A stretch of DNA of 64,000 bases from Tubulanus polymorphus (GCF_964204645.1 NC_134030.1:5188778-5252777), one strand, 5' to 3'. Numbered from the stretch's first letter, positions 11,692 to 25,606 are shown. The notes: generated by a model not told the origin, from the sequence alone. Numbers and translations are program-made.

Positions 11692-13103
11692 CGAAAAGTT
11701 TCCACACTAAGCTACGCAAAGTCGCGTCCCAAAACACAAGGACAAAGATCAAACCAAGAGTGTTCATTTCAACCGAACCATTGAGGATAACATTTGAAAG
11801 AAGCTGGTAGAAAATGTAATAATAAACAGTATAGATTCAAAAATTGCTTTCTTAGTTATCGTTTTAACTTTTAACTGTGATTTTGTATCCTTACCACCAA
11901 TATCTACAGCATCTCGGTTGGTCCAGTTTAGCTAAACCTAAAACATTCAAATATCTTTGCTTGCATCCATGCAACCCATTAGACGATATGATACCCGACG
12001 GCGCATCATTGATTCTGAACCATCCGATGGCACTCGGTGAGATATGTTCGAGATTTTGTTAAAACTGTCAAGCGAGAAGCCCCGTCGAGTTGAATGGTTT
12101 AGTAGCACTCCCTAATTGGAGACAGAAATTATAAGGTTTGGATTTCTACCTCCATCATTGTGATGCTGCGTACCCTCCCGCATCGTATCGATCTATTGAT
12201 AACAGTCACGTGATGTAGAATCGATCGCTGTCTTATTATGTACTGCATCTGAAAGACTTCCGAAAAGACCTTATAGTGATGTCAAAAAACCATAATGTTT
12301 ACATAGGGAAATAATGACAAACCTAATCGATAGAGTATTTACAAACGAACGAACGAATGAACTATCATATCAAATTTCATATCTTATTATATGTACGTGA
12401 TATTCACTTTGAACTCCGTGGTTTTCTCTTTAAAAGTAAACGACAGAAACTCGATCGAGTTGTCACCCGTATATAAACAGTTAGTTAGAATACGGCAGTC
12501 GAAGTATAAGAGATACATGTCGCTGTCTAGTGTGACAATAATTCAATTTCACCTGTATCAAGCGCACACGAAACGAGTCGGAAATCTCTCCCCCCCCCCC
12601 TCTCTCTCTCTCTCTCTCCGGCATCATCGTCGCGTTCTCCACGGTTGCTACACAACATTTATGACAAACGATCGACTCATCCATAGTTTCAGGAGTGAAT
12701 GTGCGCTCGCGTATCAGCGCGTATATTCAATGTAGCGACACATAATCATCGATAGAGCTGCAGTGGATGCGGGAGGTGGATGCTGGGGTTTATGCTCAAC
12801 CAGTTGATAATACATATCGAAATCACCGATCTACCAACGAACTAAACCAGTTCGCCTTTTGAACGGCGAGGGAGTATCCAGTGAATCTTTTTAACGCAAA
12901 ACTATTTCACGAGGAAAGTCGACGTTCGGATAAGGTAACCTACAATCGTCGGAAAAGCTGAAAAGTGTTTTGAAATATTTCTGTAATTTGGTGAGCAGCT
13001 AACTTCGTCATATTGTCACAAATTTAGATCTTTCCTACAGGAATTTATCGGTGATTAAAGGATTAGTAATTATTTCCGTCGGAATCGTACTTACAGTAAC
13101 AGT

Positions 13104-16100
13104 ATGGCGCAATTTTCCACAGCGGCACCAAATATGGTACGTGTCGACTCTATAACGAAGCCCGATAAACCGGACTATCAAGGATATTCACCAGACAAGG
13201 AGAAAACTATCACGATAAACGGCAATATGAATCAACCACCACCGAAACCGGGTGGTCGAAATTTAAAACGCGATATCCTCGACGGATTGTTCACTTACGT
13301 TAACTATGATCTATTCTTGTGTAAAGCGTTTTATTTCTTCTTTTTCTCGGCGTTCGGTTCGCTATTCCCTCTGATGGGTGTGTACTTCAAACAAATAGGA
13401 ATGAACGCATCGCAGACCGGGGTCCTCATTGGGTTTCGGCCGTTCATCGAATTCTGTAGCGTTCCATTTTGGGGCACGGTTGCAAATCGATTCCGCAAGG
13501 CGAAATGGATGCTTCTGTTGTCGTTGGCTTGCTGGATAATTTTCACGCTCGCCCTGGCGTTCATCAAACCCCCGCCGTACACGTGTCGTGTTGAACACAA
13601 CGACACGCATGATATATTCGAGGATGCAAGGTACAAACGAGATTTGAGCGCCCTCTATAAAAGGGAATCTACGCTACTGAATAACGTAGGTGCGGAGATC
13701 GATCCGGGTCTAGTCGGTAGTCAATGGCATAGCGGTGATGTATCGAAGCACATTCGAACGAAGCGCATGACGGCTACGCGGACAAAAACAAAAGGTCCGT
13801 TCGGCCAGTCTCCATACGCCGTAGACCACAACGACATTGCGAACAAAGATGACGTTGATGTAGCGGGACTCGTCGAACCCGGCTTCAGTAGCATAATCTA
13901 TAAAGCCAAAGCAATAGCAGAAACATTCTTACTTATTTTACTGATCATCGTTATCGGTGAATTCTTCAGTTCACCCGCTCTAACATTGGCAGATTCTGCC
14001 ACTTTGATATATCTAGAAGATGACCTTGAACTCTATGGTAAACAGCGCATGTTCGGGTCATTCGGATGGGCGATTGCGATGTTCTTTACCGGAATCGCCT
14101 TGGATCACGCTACTTCTTTTCCCGACCATCCGTGCGACCACATCGAAATCGGTGAAAAGAACTACACTATCTGTTTTGCGGTTTTTACCGTCTTCATGTC
14201 ATTGGCCTGGTTAACGGCGACGCAATTCAAATTCAAGCACGACGCTCCGGGTGAGTCTATACCACTGGCAAAGATCACACATACGATCAAAAAGAAAGTC
14301 ACCGACACTATCGCTGGACGACCAGCGTGGCCGAAAACCAAATTCTTTAACCAAGGCGGCGGGGATTCCGATGAAGAAATATGGAACCCATCGTATCAGA
14401 ACGAAGATAACCAACAAGGAAACATGGGCTACCAATCAAAAGTAGCCGGCCAACCTGAAATTAACCCGAATATTGCCAAAGATGGCCAGAACCCGATCAT
14501 AGAAACCGATGCTAATCACCCGAAACCACTAAAGATAACTATGAACGCCGACCCTGATGCAATTCAGAATACGGCAGTAAGTGATGCGGTCAAAGGTCTA
14601 CCCCATACAAAGGATTCTCTCCCTAATTGGATAACAGTTATGAAACTGTTTGCTAATATTCGTCATGGATTTACGCTGTATTGTATATGGTTTATGGGAT
14701 TCGGAATCGGCATCGTATTCGCCTTCCTGTTCTGGCATCTACAAGACCTGGGTGGAGGTCCTACACTGTTTGGTATCGCATCGATCATAAACCACATTTC
14801 CGAGATCGTAGCTTTCGTCTTCGGCAAACGATTGATAACGAAAGTTGGTAAGTACACTCCGCCCATTCACTATCATCTGACTGAACCAACAACTGCCAAC
14901 GTTTTTTTTTCCCAGGAAAGCTAACTTCTCTTTCAGAAATTTTTTGGCCCACTTAAGACTATGCACTATTTTTCACACTTATTCGTCTTCTCTTGATGAC
15001 AAAAATAAACACGACCATCGCAATGTCCTGTGAACGCGCCATGTTACAAGGTGTTCGTTTCCGGCGGCTTACACGCTCCCCGAGAAGCATATCGGAAATG
15101 AGTCCCTTAGGCGCTGGCTAACAGCGCGGTAGTTAATGGAAATGTCTCCCATATTGAAAAGACATACGATCGGTTTATTTGTTCAATAGAATGTGCTGCT
15201 AAATTAACAAACATTCAGTACCAGTTACCGGTAGTTTATTGTACAACTGCATACTGCGACGACGTGTCGTATCAATGCACAATATATCGTCTCAATGTTC
15301 GATGAAAATGTGTTAATCGATAAGAACAATCTGAGGAAAATTCCATTGCGCTAGTACTGAGACGACACACCCTTAGAATTAGTTTCCATCGGTGCCTACA
15401 GTGCTAGATTCGGTTGGGAGTAACTGTATTCTTATCACGACCTTGACCTACGCTTGACACGGCTTATGGATTATACTTTTTCAATTGAGCTAGACAGCAC
15501 ATTTCTGTTGAGTCGACATATAATCTTAGCTGCCACTAGGACCGTTTTGTCAGGAGGACCTTCATTGTCCCATTAAGAATTTTGACTTGAAAATTAGCGA
15601 AATTATTACAACTGTACGGCATGTACATGCGTATGTGAAGATACATGAGTAACAATTCTCTGTGCGTATCGGTGCTGATCGATAACTCTTCAGAGAAAAT
15701 CGATGCATCAATTCGGATGATGAAGTAGCACGAAGCACGACACTGCAATTCCCAAAGCTCCCAATGAACTATGAGCAATCTCTAGACATTCGGTTGTTGG
15801 TCAACGTGCTTCCACATCAAACAAGCCGTAATTAAATTTTCCAGAATTGCGTGAAATGCATATGCGAGAACGATTGTTGTGTAAGGAGACAATTTATTGC
15901 TGCGGGTGACAATCAACGCGATGGTTTTATAGCCATTTAGAAATTAAGAAATGTTCACCCATTACTCAACTGGGAGCCGTCGAACTCGGCAGGATGTGTT
16001 CGAAGAAAAGAAAAAAAGGAAAGTACTTGGTACATGCACAAGGGACTTATCACAGTAGAACGTTGGAGCATGTTTGATGTATTTGGAAGTAAGCATCAGC

Positions 16101-19100
16101 TGGGGTTTGCTACAGTATTGTCGTCTTTATGTACAGTCGTATTAGACAATCACCATACCAACAATCCACAAGAATGCCATTTTATAGATAGGATTTGCCA
16201 TGCGCACCGGTATGGTTGTCAAAGCGGTAATAGGTTGATTGATAGCGTGGAGTTTGTTCACTAAATGGATGAATGATAAACCAAAAAAACATCATTACAT
16301 CAGTAAACCTATATTTTGCGTTTCGCATACGAGACTGGCAACTGGTATAGAAACGGAAAAACGGATATCGTTTGGCATGGCCTTACAGAGCTACTTGTGT
16401 TTGATGCATTAAGATTAATGAGTTGATTTCTATTGAACTCGGGAATGTCGGATCTCTCTTTTCCGCCGTGAGAGCCCCTCTCTCCCTAATCGCGTAAACC
16501 AATTGCCGAGTTAGACGACGGAAGACAGCTCTAGAAGCTCAAGACGACGACATTTACGAGATATATCTCATCAGTACGTATTGAACGGAGAGATACATGA
16601 TAAGACATATGTGAACATTGTGTACAAGAATTCTTAAAATATATTCACACGAAGAGATCTTTCATCGTGGTAAATAAAAGCCATCCGATACTATCCTGCC
16701 AATCAAAATTCGCCTTCACTCAATTCCATGTCGTTAGGATCTCTAACCGATTCGTGCTTAGTTTCTCGATCGTTCACGTGATCGTTATTTGTAACCTCTG
16801 CTTCTCCGACGGACCGGTATCCCTTTTGGGCTTTTCCAAATTTCGGTATCTTTATTTTCCTTATTCGAAATAAGCGTTTGATCTTAGTAGTTGGCTTTTC
16901 CTTATCGGCGGTCTCCCCATCATTGCCTGAATGTTTGCTATCTCCACCCCTCCTCTGGTAGGTAACCGCCACGATCACGATTGCTGTAATACCCAACGCA
17001 CCCAGAACACACCCGACGATTGCTCCAACTGGAGTTTCTGATTCTACGTCCTTTATTTTAGTCTCGAGAACTTCCTGTTTATTTTGCTCTTCGAACAACT
17101 GTTCTTTCAACAGCACGACCTCCTTTTTTACTTCCTTAATCATTTTTTCATCGTCAATTGATTCTGATCCCGCCTCCGACTCACTCCCATCTTCCTCATC
17201 TGTATTATCGATTTTTATGTTAACGTCTGTATTTTCCTTCTTCTGGGAAATTACCTTGCCGTTTCCTTTTATATGTTCAGCGAAATCTTTTGCTGTATCT
17301 GCTACTTTTGAAGAAGTAACGGGAAAGCCGATCTCATCGCCAGTGTTTTTATCTGTAGGACGTTCTGGTGGTGGTTTGATGTTTATATTTGTTTTTTCCC
17401 TTGAATCGATCTTGATGCTCGTTGATTTCTTTTGATCTAGGTCTTTCGCACTGACGATAACACCCACACAAAGGAGCACTACTAGTGAAATGCGTGAGAT
17501 CTCCATTTTTTTCAAAATGACATTGACAGTTTTGCCTAACAATGAGAATTTGCTATGGTTATGCATAAATACTCGTTTATTAATCAATTTGATTTGAAAT
17601 TTCAATTCATTTATCCATCCGTATAATATCATATACCGTTCAAGGCATAGAAAGGAAACAATTATTTGACGTTCCCAAGAACCTTGTCCCTGGTCGCAGA
17701 GGAACCATTCTCTTCTTGTATATATGACTGTGCACTTACAGCTCTGATCGATGAGAATGCTGAATGCGCGCAGCCAGTAGTCGCCTTGTCGGAAATCTTT
17801 TACCATCGCTTAACTGAATTATCCTTCTCTCAGTCGTCTGACGGCAGTTGATTGGATTCAATTCTGCGTCCGACCAGTGGGAGTGTAAATCCACGGGATT
17901 TCATAGTTAACCTTTCCTATCACCACTGACATCCGACCCGTAGTATATACAGTCAAACTTCGTTGTCGCATTTCTTAAGTCGCATTTTTGCAATCACAAT
18001 TTGTATTTGCGATTTAATGTAACTCGTCGTTTGGATAAGTCATGAAAGGATAAGTCCTCAGCATAACCGTGACGACTTTGACTGTACGTTGACTGCGCGA
18101 CTTAAAGTGAGTTCAACTGTACACAATGTAGAAGGAAATCTGTATTGCGCATATTAAATTTCCACTTAGCTGTGAGAATTAGTGTGATGAGTTTCATTAA
18201 TTAATTGTTGTTTTTAATCGGAATAGGGATAGAAAACTGATCCTTTCCTTTTTTGCATTGGAGCCATTGAGAAATAAGTCGTCACTTTTTCTCAGTACGC
18301 CCACACCTCGTGCTTCTTACTCCGGAATAATCCGTCGGTGTAGTTTTATCTACGACGCAATTGAAACACGAAGCCGTAAATAGCGACTGCCACTGGGAAT
18401 CAATACGGAATTCTCTCCTGCACCGTATCCGCATAAAACAGACCCGAAAGCAATTGATTCTTCCTATGATTTGTTAGTGAATCTACGCAGGTTTCGTATT
18501 TCTTTCCCGGTGCCTGCTAGAGCTAGGAGAACTGTAACTCTCTTTCATTGTTATAAGGGCTTACAATTTCTGCTGTCGAGATTTATCATTCACGTATAAA
18601 ACACCAACGCGCAGAATCCCAGTCGTAATTAATATTTCACACGTAAATATAGCGACAAACACCCGACTGAGATTGTATCATTAATTCATGGATGATAGAT
18701 ACGTACCTGTTCTATCAGTAAGGACTACACTTATACATGTATATACGTTTACGTATGTCTGTATGTTCAAATGGTTGGCATATATAATTAAAGATCCTAA
18801 TTCAGAGACGTCAAACCCGTCGTCGAAACGGGAAAATTTCTCACAAAACACTCAGTAACTATGGTAACTGATGGGCTTCATTCACCGACTTTATCCCAGA
18901 TATCTATCTGTATATGTATATATGTATATATCTAAGGTAGTCCATAAAGCGTGCGCTGCTACGAGCATCGCTGATGATCACGATTGAGTTGCTGCACACA
19001 CGAGAAGATCAATGGCAAGAACACTGATGACAGAAAAATGACATATATATTGCGCCCATGTTGTGAACGACGCTACTACAACCTAACACCGTGGAATCTG

Positions 19101-22100
19101 TCGGCGTAGAAAATGTATGAAAAGGAAATTAAGAGATTCCTTATCGTTATCATGACGTACAGGCATCGGGGCAATCTCCCAGCAATGACAAAAGTGGCGG
19201 TTCAAACAGACCCGTCGAACAGTTGTCCTTTGTGACGTCCTGCGAATAGAATTTTTTTTTTCATTAAAATGTTACGTCGTTATTACTAATATATGAGAAG
19301 AAAAAATATAACATATAATAATTGTTGTATTGGTTGCTGGCTGTACGGGCTTACCCGTGATAAATTCACTGTTTATCATCCTGTCGGTCATCGTCATCAG
19401 TCTTATCAGGTCATAAATCAAGCCCGATTTCATCTCTAGCGTCGGCGTAAAAACGCTGCAAAGATGACGTCAGAGTTACTCGACTAGTGTCGTCGTAAAA
19501 AACATCGTGACGTCATACTTTTTCGAAACGTTACATCATCATTCGAGATCTGCGAAACAACACCGCAAAATACATGACGAAGTTTTAATCTATGAAGACC
19601 TAGAATGCTATGAAATAGACGCTATAGCATTTACATATTATAGATTACTTGTTAGTTTGAAGTCATATTGATTCACTATAAACCAGTGAAAACATTAAGA
19701 TAATTGAAAATTCATCGAGAAGCAAAAATAGTAAAAATCTCAATGAGCGATTAGATTTATTGTCACCAACATTTAAGGGGAGGCTACATTTCTTCCCTTC
19801 GTGCATAGCAATTACAAACATGCATAACACCGTTGCTCCCGGGTTTGCGGCAATATGTTTAATTATTCACTCATTCGAAAATTAGATTTTAATCTTTTTC
19901 CCTCTATACACCTTGGAGATCTACATAAACATAATATTTTGAACGCTGTATCTTTCCATAATGAGATCGATTTTGGGTGCGCTGAATTTACCTGCAATTT
20001 CACGCATCCACCGAAATATTTGCTGAAACCCAATATGGCGTATAAAATGTGATAAAACGGTCAACGCGACCGCGATCAATATCCGTCTGACCTACACGGT
20101 CGTTCCCGAGAATATTCATAGAGTTTTCATCACCATCATCAATGGCGGATTTCTAATTTCCGAGAGTTATGGATTGAAGGCTAACCCGAGCACACGATTA
20201 AATGGTCCATTAATATCAGAGGATTACAGAACTTACCAGCCTATTAGATTGCATGTACATATACATGCATGACGTCACACATCGACAGCGTATAAATTCC
20301 GCTTCGCATATGCAGATGGTCACCATTAAGTGTCAAGGTTTAAATGTTTGTGTTTATTGTTCATTTAGAGAGGGAAATTAAAAACTGACTTGAGTCAGCT
20401 TTGAAAGTTCGTTATATCAAGATATTATCTTGGTAAATGGTTCAACGCCAATTCAACTGCTGGAATTGAGAGCCTTTGTGTGCAAGAAATAGTAATAGTA
20501 ATAGTAATTTAATTTCTTAAGCGCCATTTGTACTGTGATACAATGCTCAACGGCGCTTTCCATTACATCGGTATTATTACTGGGAGAAGTAACATCTGAG
20601 CAGCTGTTAGGCGCTCAGGAGTCATCTATCCGACCAGGTACCCATTTACTCCTGGGTGAAGAGAGACAATGAGGATGAGTGTCTTGCCCGGGCACACTAC
20701 GAGAATGTAAGGGGTTCGAACCCGAATAGAGATGATGACGTGTGGTGAATTTGTACGATATTCAGTTTAATAATCGAAATCAGCGTCAAGAGAGGTTACA
20801 GCGAACACACACGTCGACAGTTTTATTATACACAGGCGTCGATAGTGACATTTTGTTTCAATGGTAAATCGTGATTCGAATGTAAACCTGACGCAGCGAA
20901 GATCGATCACATGCTAAACATAGCAAGTGAATATTCAATGTACCCCGCCATAATGATTGATTATTCCAATCATTCTACGTTCATTAACATGCGTATTTAT
21001 GATAATTATATCAACGTACGATCGATATGATATAGCATTTGTATCTGCTATGATTATTAAGGTTGGAATCCAATTGAAAAAAAAACCGATCACCCTTAAA
21101 ATTAGATGTAGAGTCGAAGCGATTCAATAGCGAACGCGCCGCGGGATTCAGCCTCTCAGAGTCGGGAATTGATCTTGACTCTGCATTTCATCTCGTCGTA
21201 TGGAGGGGAATGAAACGTGCCGGATAGATCGCGTCTCGGACTGCCATGTCAAAAGAGATCGAGCACAATGACTATATCAGATTCAAACATCTAATTTACT
21301 TCTCCGCGCGCTACTTCGATAAGAGCACTTCAGTCACACCGACATCGGTGGTTCGGATCACCTTTGATATTTCAAACTATACTCCGCATTGAGAGACACC
21401 GGTGAAGAAAAAGATAGACGGAGAACGAATATGAAATGTCAGCCACCTTGGGTTCGTCTCACCTCCTATTCTAGTTGCCTTTTCTCGCTAAATGTTCATT
21501 ACACGCTTGAAGCTCTCGTGTCATCAAAATGATGCCCAAAGGTGCACTTGGACGTGTTTTGGAAGCTTCGCCGTAACACAATTATTGCAAGAAATACGCC
21601 TCATTTATTTATAAGGAAGAAATCGAGGTTTCTCCAGCATTGAGTTTATTACCTGAAGCAAAGTACAAAATACGCATAATTCGCATGCATATTACCATGA
21701 ATGACGTTTCTTTTTTAGGCAAGCTCCACATTCATCAAAAAAGCCTTTGGTCACTATTCAATTACGATTCCGTTTATCACGGAAATGATACCTTTTATCG
21801 CATTTGTATGAGCGCAATGGTAACCCAAACCCGAATCTATATTTTTAGGACCTACGAAAGTGATTTGTCTGGGGCTAGCGGGTAACGTGTGCAGATTCCT
21901 GTATATATCTTACCTGTCCAACCCTTGGTGGGTTTTACCGTTTGAATTTGTGCAAGGTAAGTGTGAGTAAAACGCGATGGATACGCGAAAGGAACGGGAA
22001 TATTTCATCCCCTGATATATTATCTTGAAATACCCTTGTCCTCGATCTATTTAATTTTTCCCCACTTTGGGCATCGTAAGAAGACGTATCCGGCGAAGAG

Positions 22101-24928
22101 TATTTCGCTTGGCCGAATAAGACCTGTTGTTGATCTTAAAATAGGGATTTTCCCCATTATTTATTTATTTGGCTGGTAAATTTTGTTCGATTTTTCGATT
22201 GAGTGTCCCTTACAGACCCACCACACATGCCGGGAGCGAAACAGGGGGTTTGATTTTGAAATCGGAAATCGAAGTACAGATATAGATGTGTGATCGGCGG
22301 TCGAGTTAACAGAATATTTTTAAATCGAAGTACATAATTGGAAATTCGGTTCCGGTTCATCCAAACAATTTTCCATTCAGTCTGAACCGGCAAGCGACTG
22401 ATTGGGATGAATTTTTCTGGCTGCCTAATTTAATACAATGAGATTCTGGAAATAGCTATATTACAAGATCATTTTGTCCATTTAGAATAAGACCTGTTAA
22501 CCTATCCCGGCGTCTGCGGTAACGGAAATGTTTCGCTAACATAGCGTGACGTTCATACACAAATGCCGCAGGAAGTTGGCCCTTGTAACGGTAAAATATG
22601 TTTTCCCTGCCTTTCCTCGCAACGTCACTTACATAATCAATAACATCATATTCATTCCCGATCGACAGAAACATAATATAATTCGTGCATTAACGCGGCT
22701 AATACCGGCCACACGAGTCCACACGCAACGTTCATTTTGATTAAGCGTATTTTGTAGCTAGGTCTTCGGCCGTTTTGATGGATGAATTATAGTGAAGCGT
22801 TCCATAATCAAGACCTAACTTAAATCCAAAATAATGATTCAATAAAATCATCTTTGTGTTTACTTCGTTTGCCCGGATGTGAAACCTAACCCAGCTGTAA
22901 AACTTGTTGGAAAAATTTCGTTTTCGATGTTGTTAACCACCGACCGAATACATTCTGATCTTAACCAGTAACTGAGTCCAGAACATGAATATTGCATTCA
23001 ACGATAGTCGAGTTGTCGGTATATCAACTCCTAGACATACAAAAATACGACCGATCGATATTTTACGGCAACTAATTACAGTTTCTGTATCCGAGAGGGG
23101 AGAATGAGGGTAGATATGGAGTTAAGTGGCCATACATGCAGTGACGATATGTTATATCGTTCGGCTTTATTAGCCGTCAATCGATCTGCGCGTTCTCTGA
23201 TATCTGATAAAACTAACCATGATCCTCTCGGCAGCTAATAAAAGATTATTCATGCCAAAAGGAAAAATCATATTTGAAATTGGTTTAGAAATGGAAAATA
23301 AGTCTCCTTGCGTTGAGATGGATTTAAAGAAATTTAAAGAAAAAACTTCTATGATAATAGATAGTTCGATTTAAGCGAATATCAAATGGCGAGTAATAAA
23401 ATCTCGATAATCTTCAACACTAAAATGGAATTTCAATTTATATCCATAAAGGTTTAACCCATGCGGCAGTGTGGTCAGCGGTATGCAGCTTCGTTAATCA
23501 AGCGATTCCATCAACTCTGAGACCATCAGCGCAGGGTATTGTGCAGTGCATTCATCATGCGCTCGGACGTGGATGCGGAGCTATCTTCGGTGGCGTTTTC
23601 ATCTCCAATTTTGGTAAGTTAAAAGACGTGATACGTCATTTATAAAACATAATATAGCCGCGATGACACGAGCATTTTGGGCCCATGCCAAATTAGGCCG
23701 GGAACAACTGTTCACAAGGGTGCCAAATGGGCCCGTGACATTTGCTGAAACGCTGTCAATACGATACGAGGTAAGCGAGGCGGCAATTTATGAACCAATA
23801 AGTATTCACGCGAAATGATTTGACCCGTGCTACAATTTGGCACGCGCCTGCTTCAATGTTTTTGATCGGGTCTGATTGTTTTTGATTGGCACCAGCGTGG
23901 ACCGGTTCAAAACGCTCGTATGATCGCGGCTTATGTACCATGGATTCGGGCTATTATGATTGACAGTCTGTTAATGTTTATGTATTACAGGTAGTGAGAT
24001 GACATTCAGGGGTTACGGTTACGCTAGTCTCATCATATTCGCTATCTATGTCCTGATTATCGTGTTCATTAAGGAGCCAGTATTGCCGGAGTCGGACACG
24101 GTAGACGCTGAGGTTGACACGATGCAAGAGACCGCTCACCTCGAACCATGCGGAGTACCGATGAATCCCATGTCAAGGAACTTATCTAGTCAACGATTAG
24201 CCGAGATGGATCAACGTAATATAAGCTTTTATAAACTGATATTCGAGAACGGGATTAGAATGAAAAATATATTAGAAATCCTTTCTTCTTCTTTTTTCAG
24301 CACGTGGAAATGGTTACGGCACTACGAAAGGCCCGGACGGTCTTCTTAGTCCTACAGGCGCTGCACAGCCGCCTGTTAAATCTAATCTCGTCAAACCTAC
24401 AATGGTTGCTCCAACAAGAGGTATGTTCCAAGTTTAAGTTTTTAGTCTTAGATTTGTGTTAGATTCATCAAAATTAGTTCATGTCTAAAGATTGCTGTAT
24501 GCGTTCATCCGCTTATTCTTTTGATGAAGGGCCACGTGAAGAAGCAGATAAAACGACGTTCGCGCCATTGCCGGGAGGCGGTTACGGGGGAGGTCGAGGG
24601 GGTTACGGACAGCAAGCAGCTCCTACTGGTCCAACTGACCACGCATCAAGAGTAGCGGCATTAACAAGTCACCAACGTAACGCATCGGGTCATTACGATC
24701 CACAATTCGTTCAGGTATTTAAGATATTCAAGCAACCTGTCTGATCGAACCACGGGATTTGCGTAGCTGAGTCGCGCGGCAACGGTCTAGAATTTAGGAT
24801 TTTTCGTAGTAATATTGAATTCATGTATTTTCCAGGACTACATGAACGTCCAGAGGGATCAAGATAACCAACGCCAACAGCAGCAGCAAGGTGATAACAA
24901 AGACTACCGAAACCCATTCCATTACTAA
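13104..24928 (+). CDS. MFSD6: Major facilitator superfamily domain-containing protein 6
   Basis: Exon 13104-14848 (KAFYFFFFSAFGSLFPLMGVYFKQ, YGKQRMFGS, FLFWHLQDLGG); 21849-21956 (FLYISYLSNPWWVLPFEFVQG); 23452-23613 (LTHAAVW...SAQGI...GRGCGAIFGG); 23991-24215; 24301-24420; 24530-24714; 24836-24928. Phases consistent where checked. Confidence 0.92.
16703..17506 (-). CDS. Intronless orphan type-I membrane protein (267 aa) nested antisense in an MFSD6 intron
   Basis: Within ORF 16703-17806. MEISRISLVVLLCVGVIVSA signal peptide, charged/acidic ectodomain, heptad-like coiled coil, TM VGAIVGCVLGALGITAIVIVAVTY, basic then acidic tail containing YRSV. Confidence 0.8.
   Translation of the reverse strand: MEISRISLVVLLCVGVIVSAKDLDQKKSTSIKIDSREKTNINIKPPPERPTDKNTGDEIGFPVTSSKVADTAKDFAEHIKGNGKVISQKKENTDVNIKIDNTDEEDGSESEAGSESIDDEKMIKEVKKEVVLLKEQLFEEQNKQEVLETKIKDVESETPVGAIVGCVLGALGITAIVIVAVTYQRRGGDSKHSGNDGETADKEKPTTKIKRLFRIRKIKIPKFGKAQKGYRSVGEAEVTNNDHVNDRETKHESVRDPNDMELSEGEF
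17950..18119. mobile_element. Tc1/mariner(pogo)-type MITE remnant
   Basis: TA|CAGTCAAACTTCGT ... ACGACTTTGACTG|TA (18084), with a second similar end GTTCAACTG|TA at 18119. TA target duplication pattern. Confidence 0.55.
20488..20724 (-). mobile_element. 5'-truncated tRNA-derived CORE-type SINE with LINE(L2)-like 3' tail
   Basis: Minus strand: GGTTCGAACCC B-box, then GTGTGCCCGGGCAAGACACT...CTCTCTTCACCCAGGAGTAAATGGGTACC (CORE-like), AAAGCGCCGTTGAG...GGCGCTTAAGAAAT and a (TTACTA)n tail. Confidence 0.7.
22203..22437 (+). repeat. Dispersed ~240-bp repeat family, copy 2 (MFSD6 intron)
   Basis: Colinear similarity to 3995-4245. Confidence 0.85.
23666..23845. repeat. Short repeat/MITE fragment with TTGGCCC/GGGCCAA subunits
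   Basis: ACACGAGCATTTTGGGCCCATGCCAAATTAGGC resembles the reverse complement of 51176-51209. Confidence 0.5.
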
Positions 24929-25606
24929 ATTACCACGGATGGCAATATAAAGGGCTGAATCAGCCCAGCAAATCGGGTCCAACAGACCATCAACTTGATG
25001 TCAAATCCTGCAATGTAATTGGTCTGGTTGGTTTCGTTTAGCTATCTCTATCATCGTTGATACAACTACCGAAGTCCACCGGTCGTCTTTGCCTTTATCT
25101 TCGCTCGTGACAAAAGAGTGTCTTACGTTCTTATGAACCTCTAGGTCTTATCATTGAGTTCATTGCTGCGGCTGCTATTTGTTGATTTGTTAGGAACACG
25201 CGAAACAACGATGAATCTTACATCTTTCCCCCACCTCGGTAGGGTGATGTGGCGCGCTGCTTACGATTTCATTCCACTCTTTTCATCTTCATAAATCGTC
25301 TGCCATTCAAACGTAATCGCTTAGCATTATATATGTATCAGGCGTTCCTTTACGTTCACTGCTTAGTACATACATAAAGGGTATGGTGGTAAACGAAGAA
25401 TAGCATATTATAAATGTGTAATGTTGCATAATTTACGTGCATATTAAAATGATATATTATGTCATATATTATAGCGAAATATATAGATATATATCAAACA
25501 CACACAATGAGAAGTAGCCATTGATCACGTTACGTAATATTAAATATAGAAATAGTATCAGATGCACGAATAGAATATATAGTTCGATATGATAGGAGAA
25601 AAAATG

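Noticed and set aside
17507-17806. 100-aa N-terminal extension of the nested ORF
   Set aside because: It starts from a non-ATG codon and looks non-coding. The signal peptide begins at ATG 17506.
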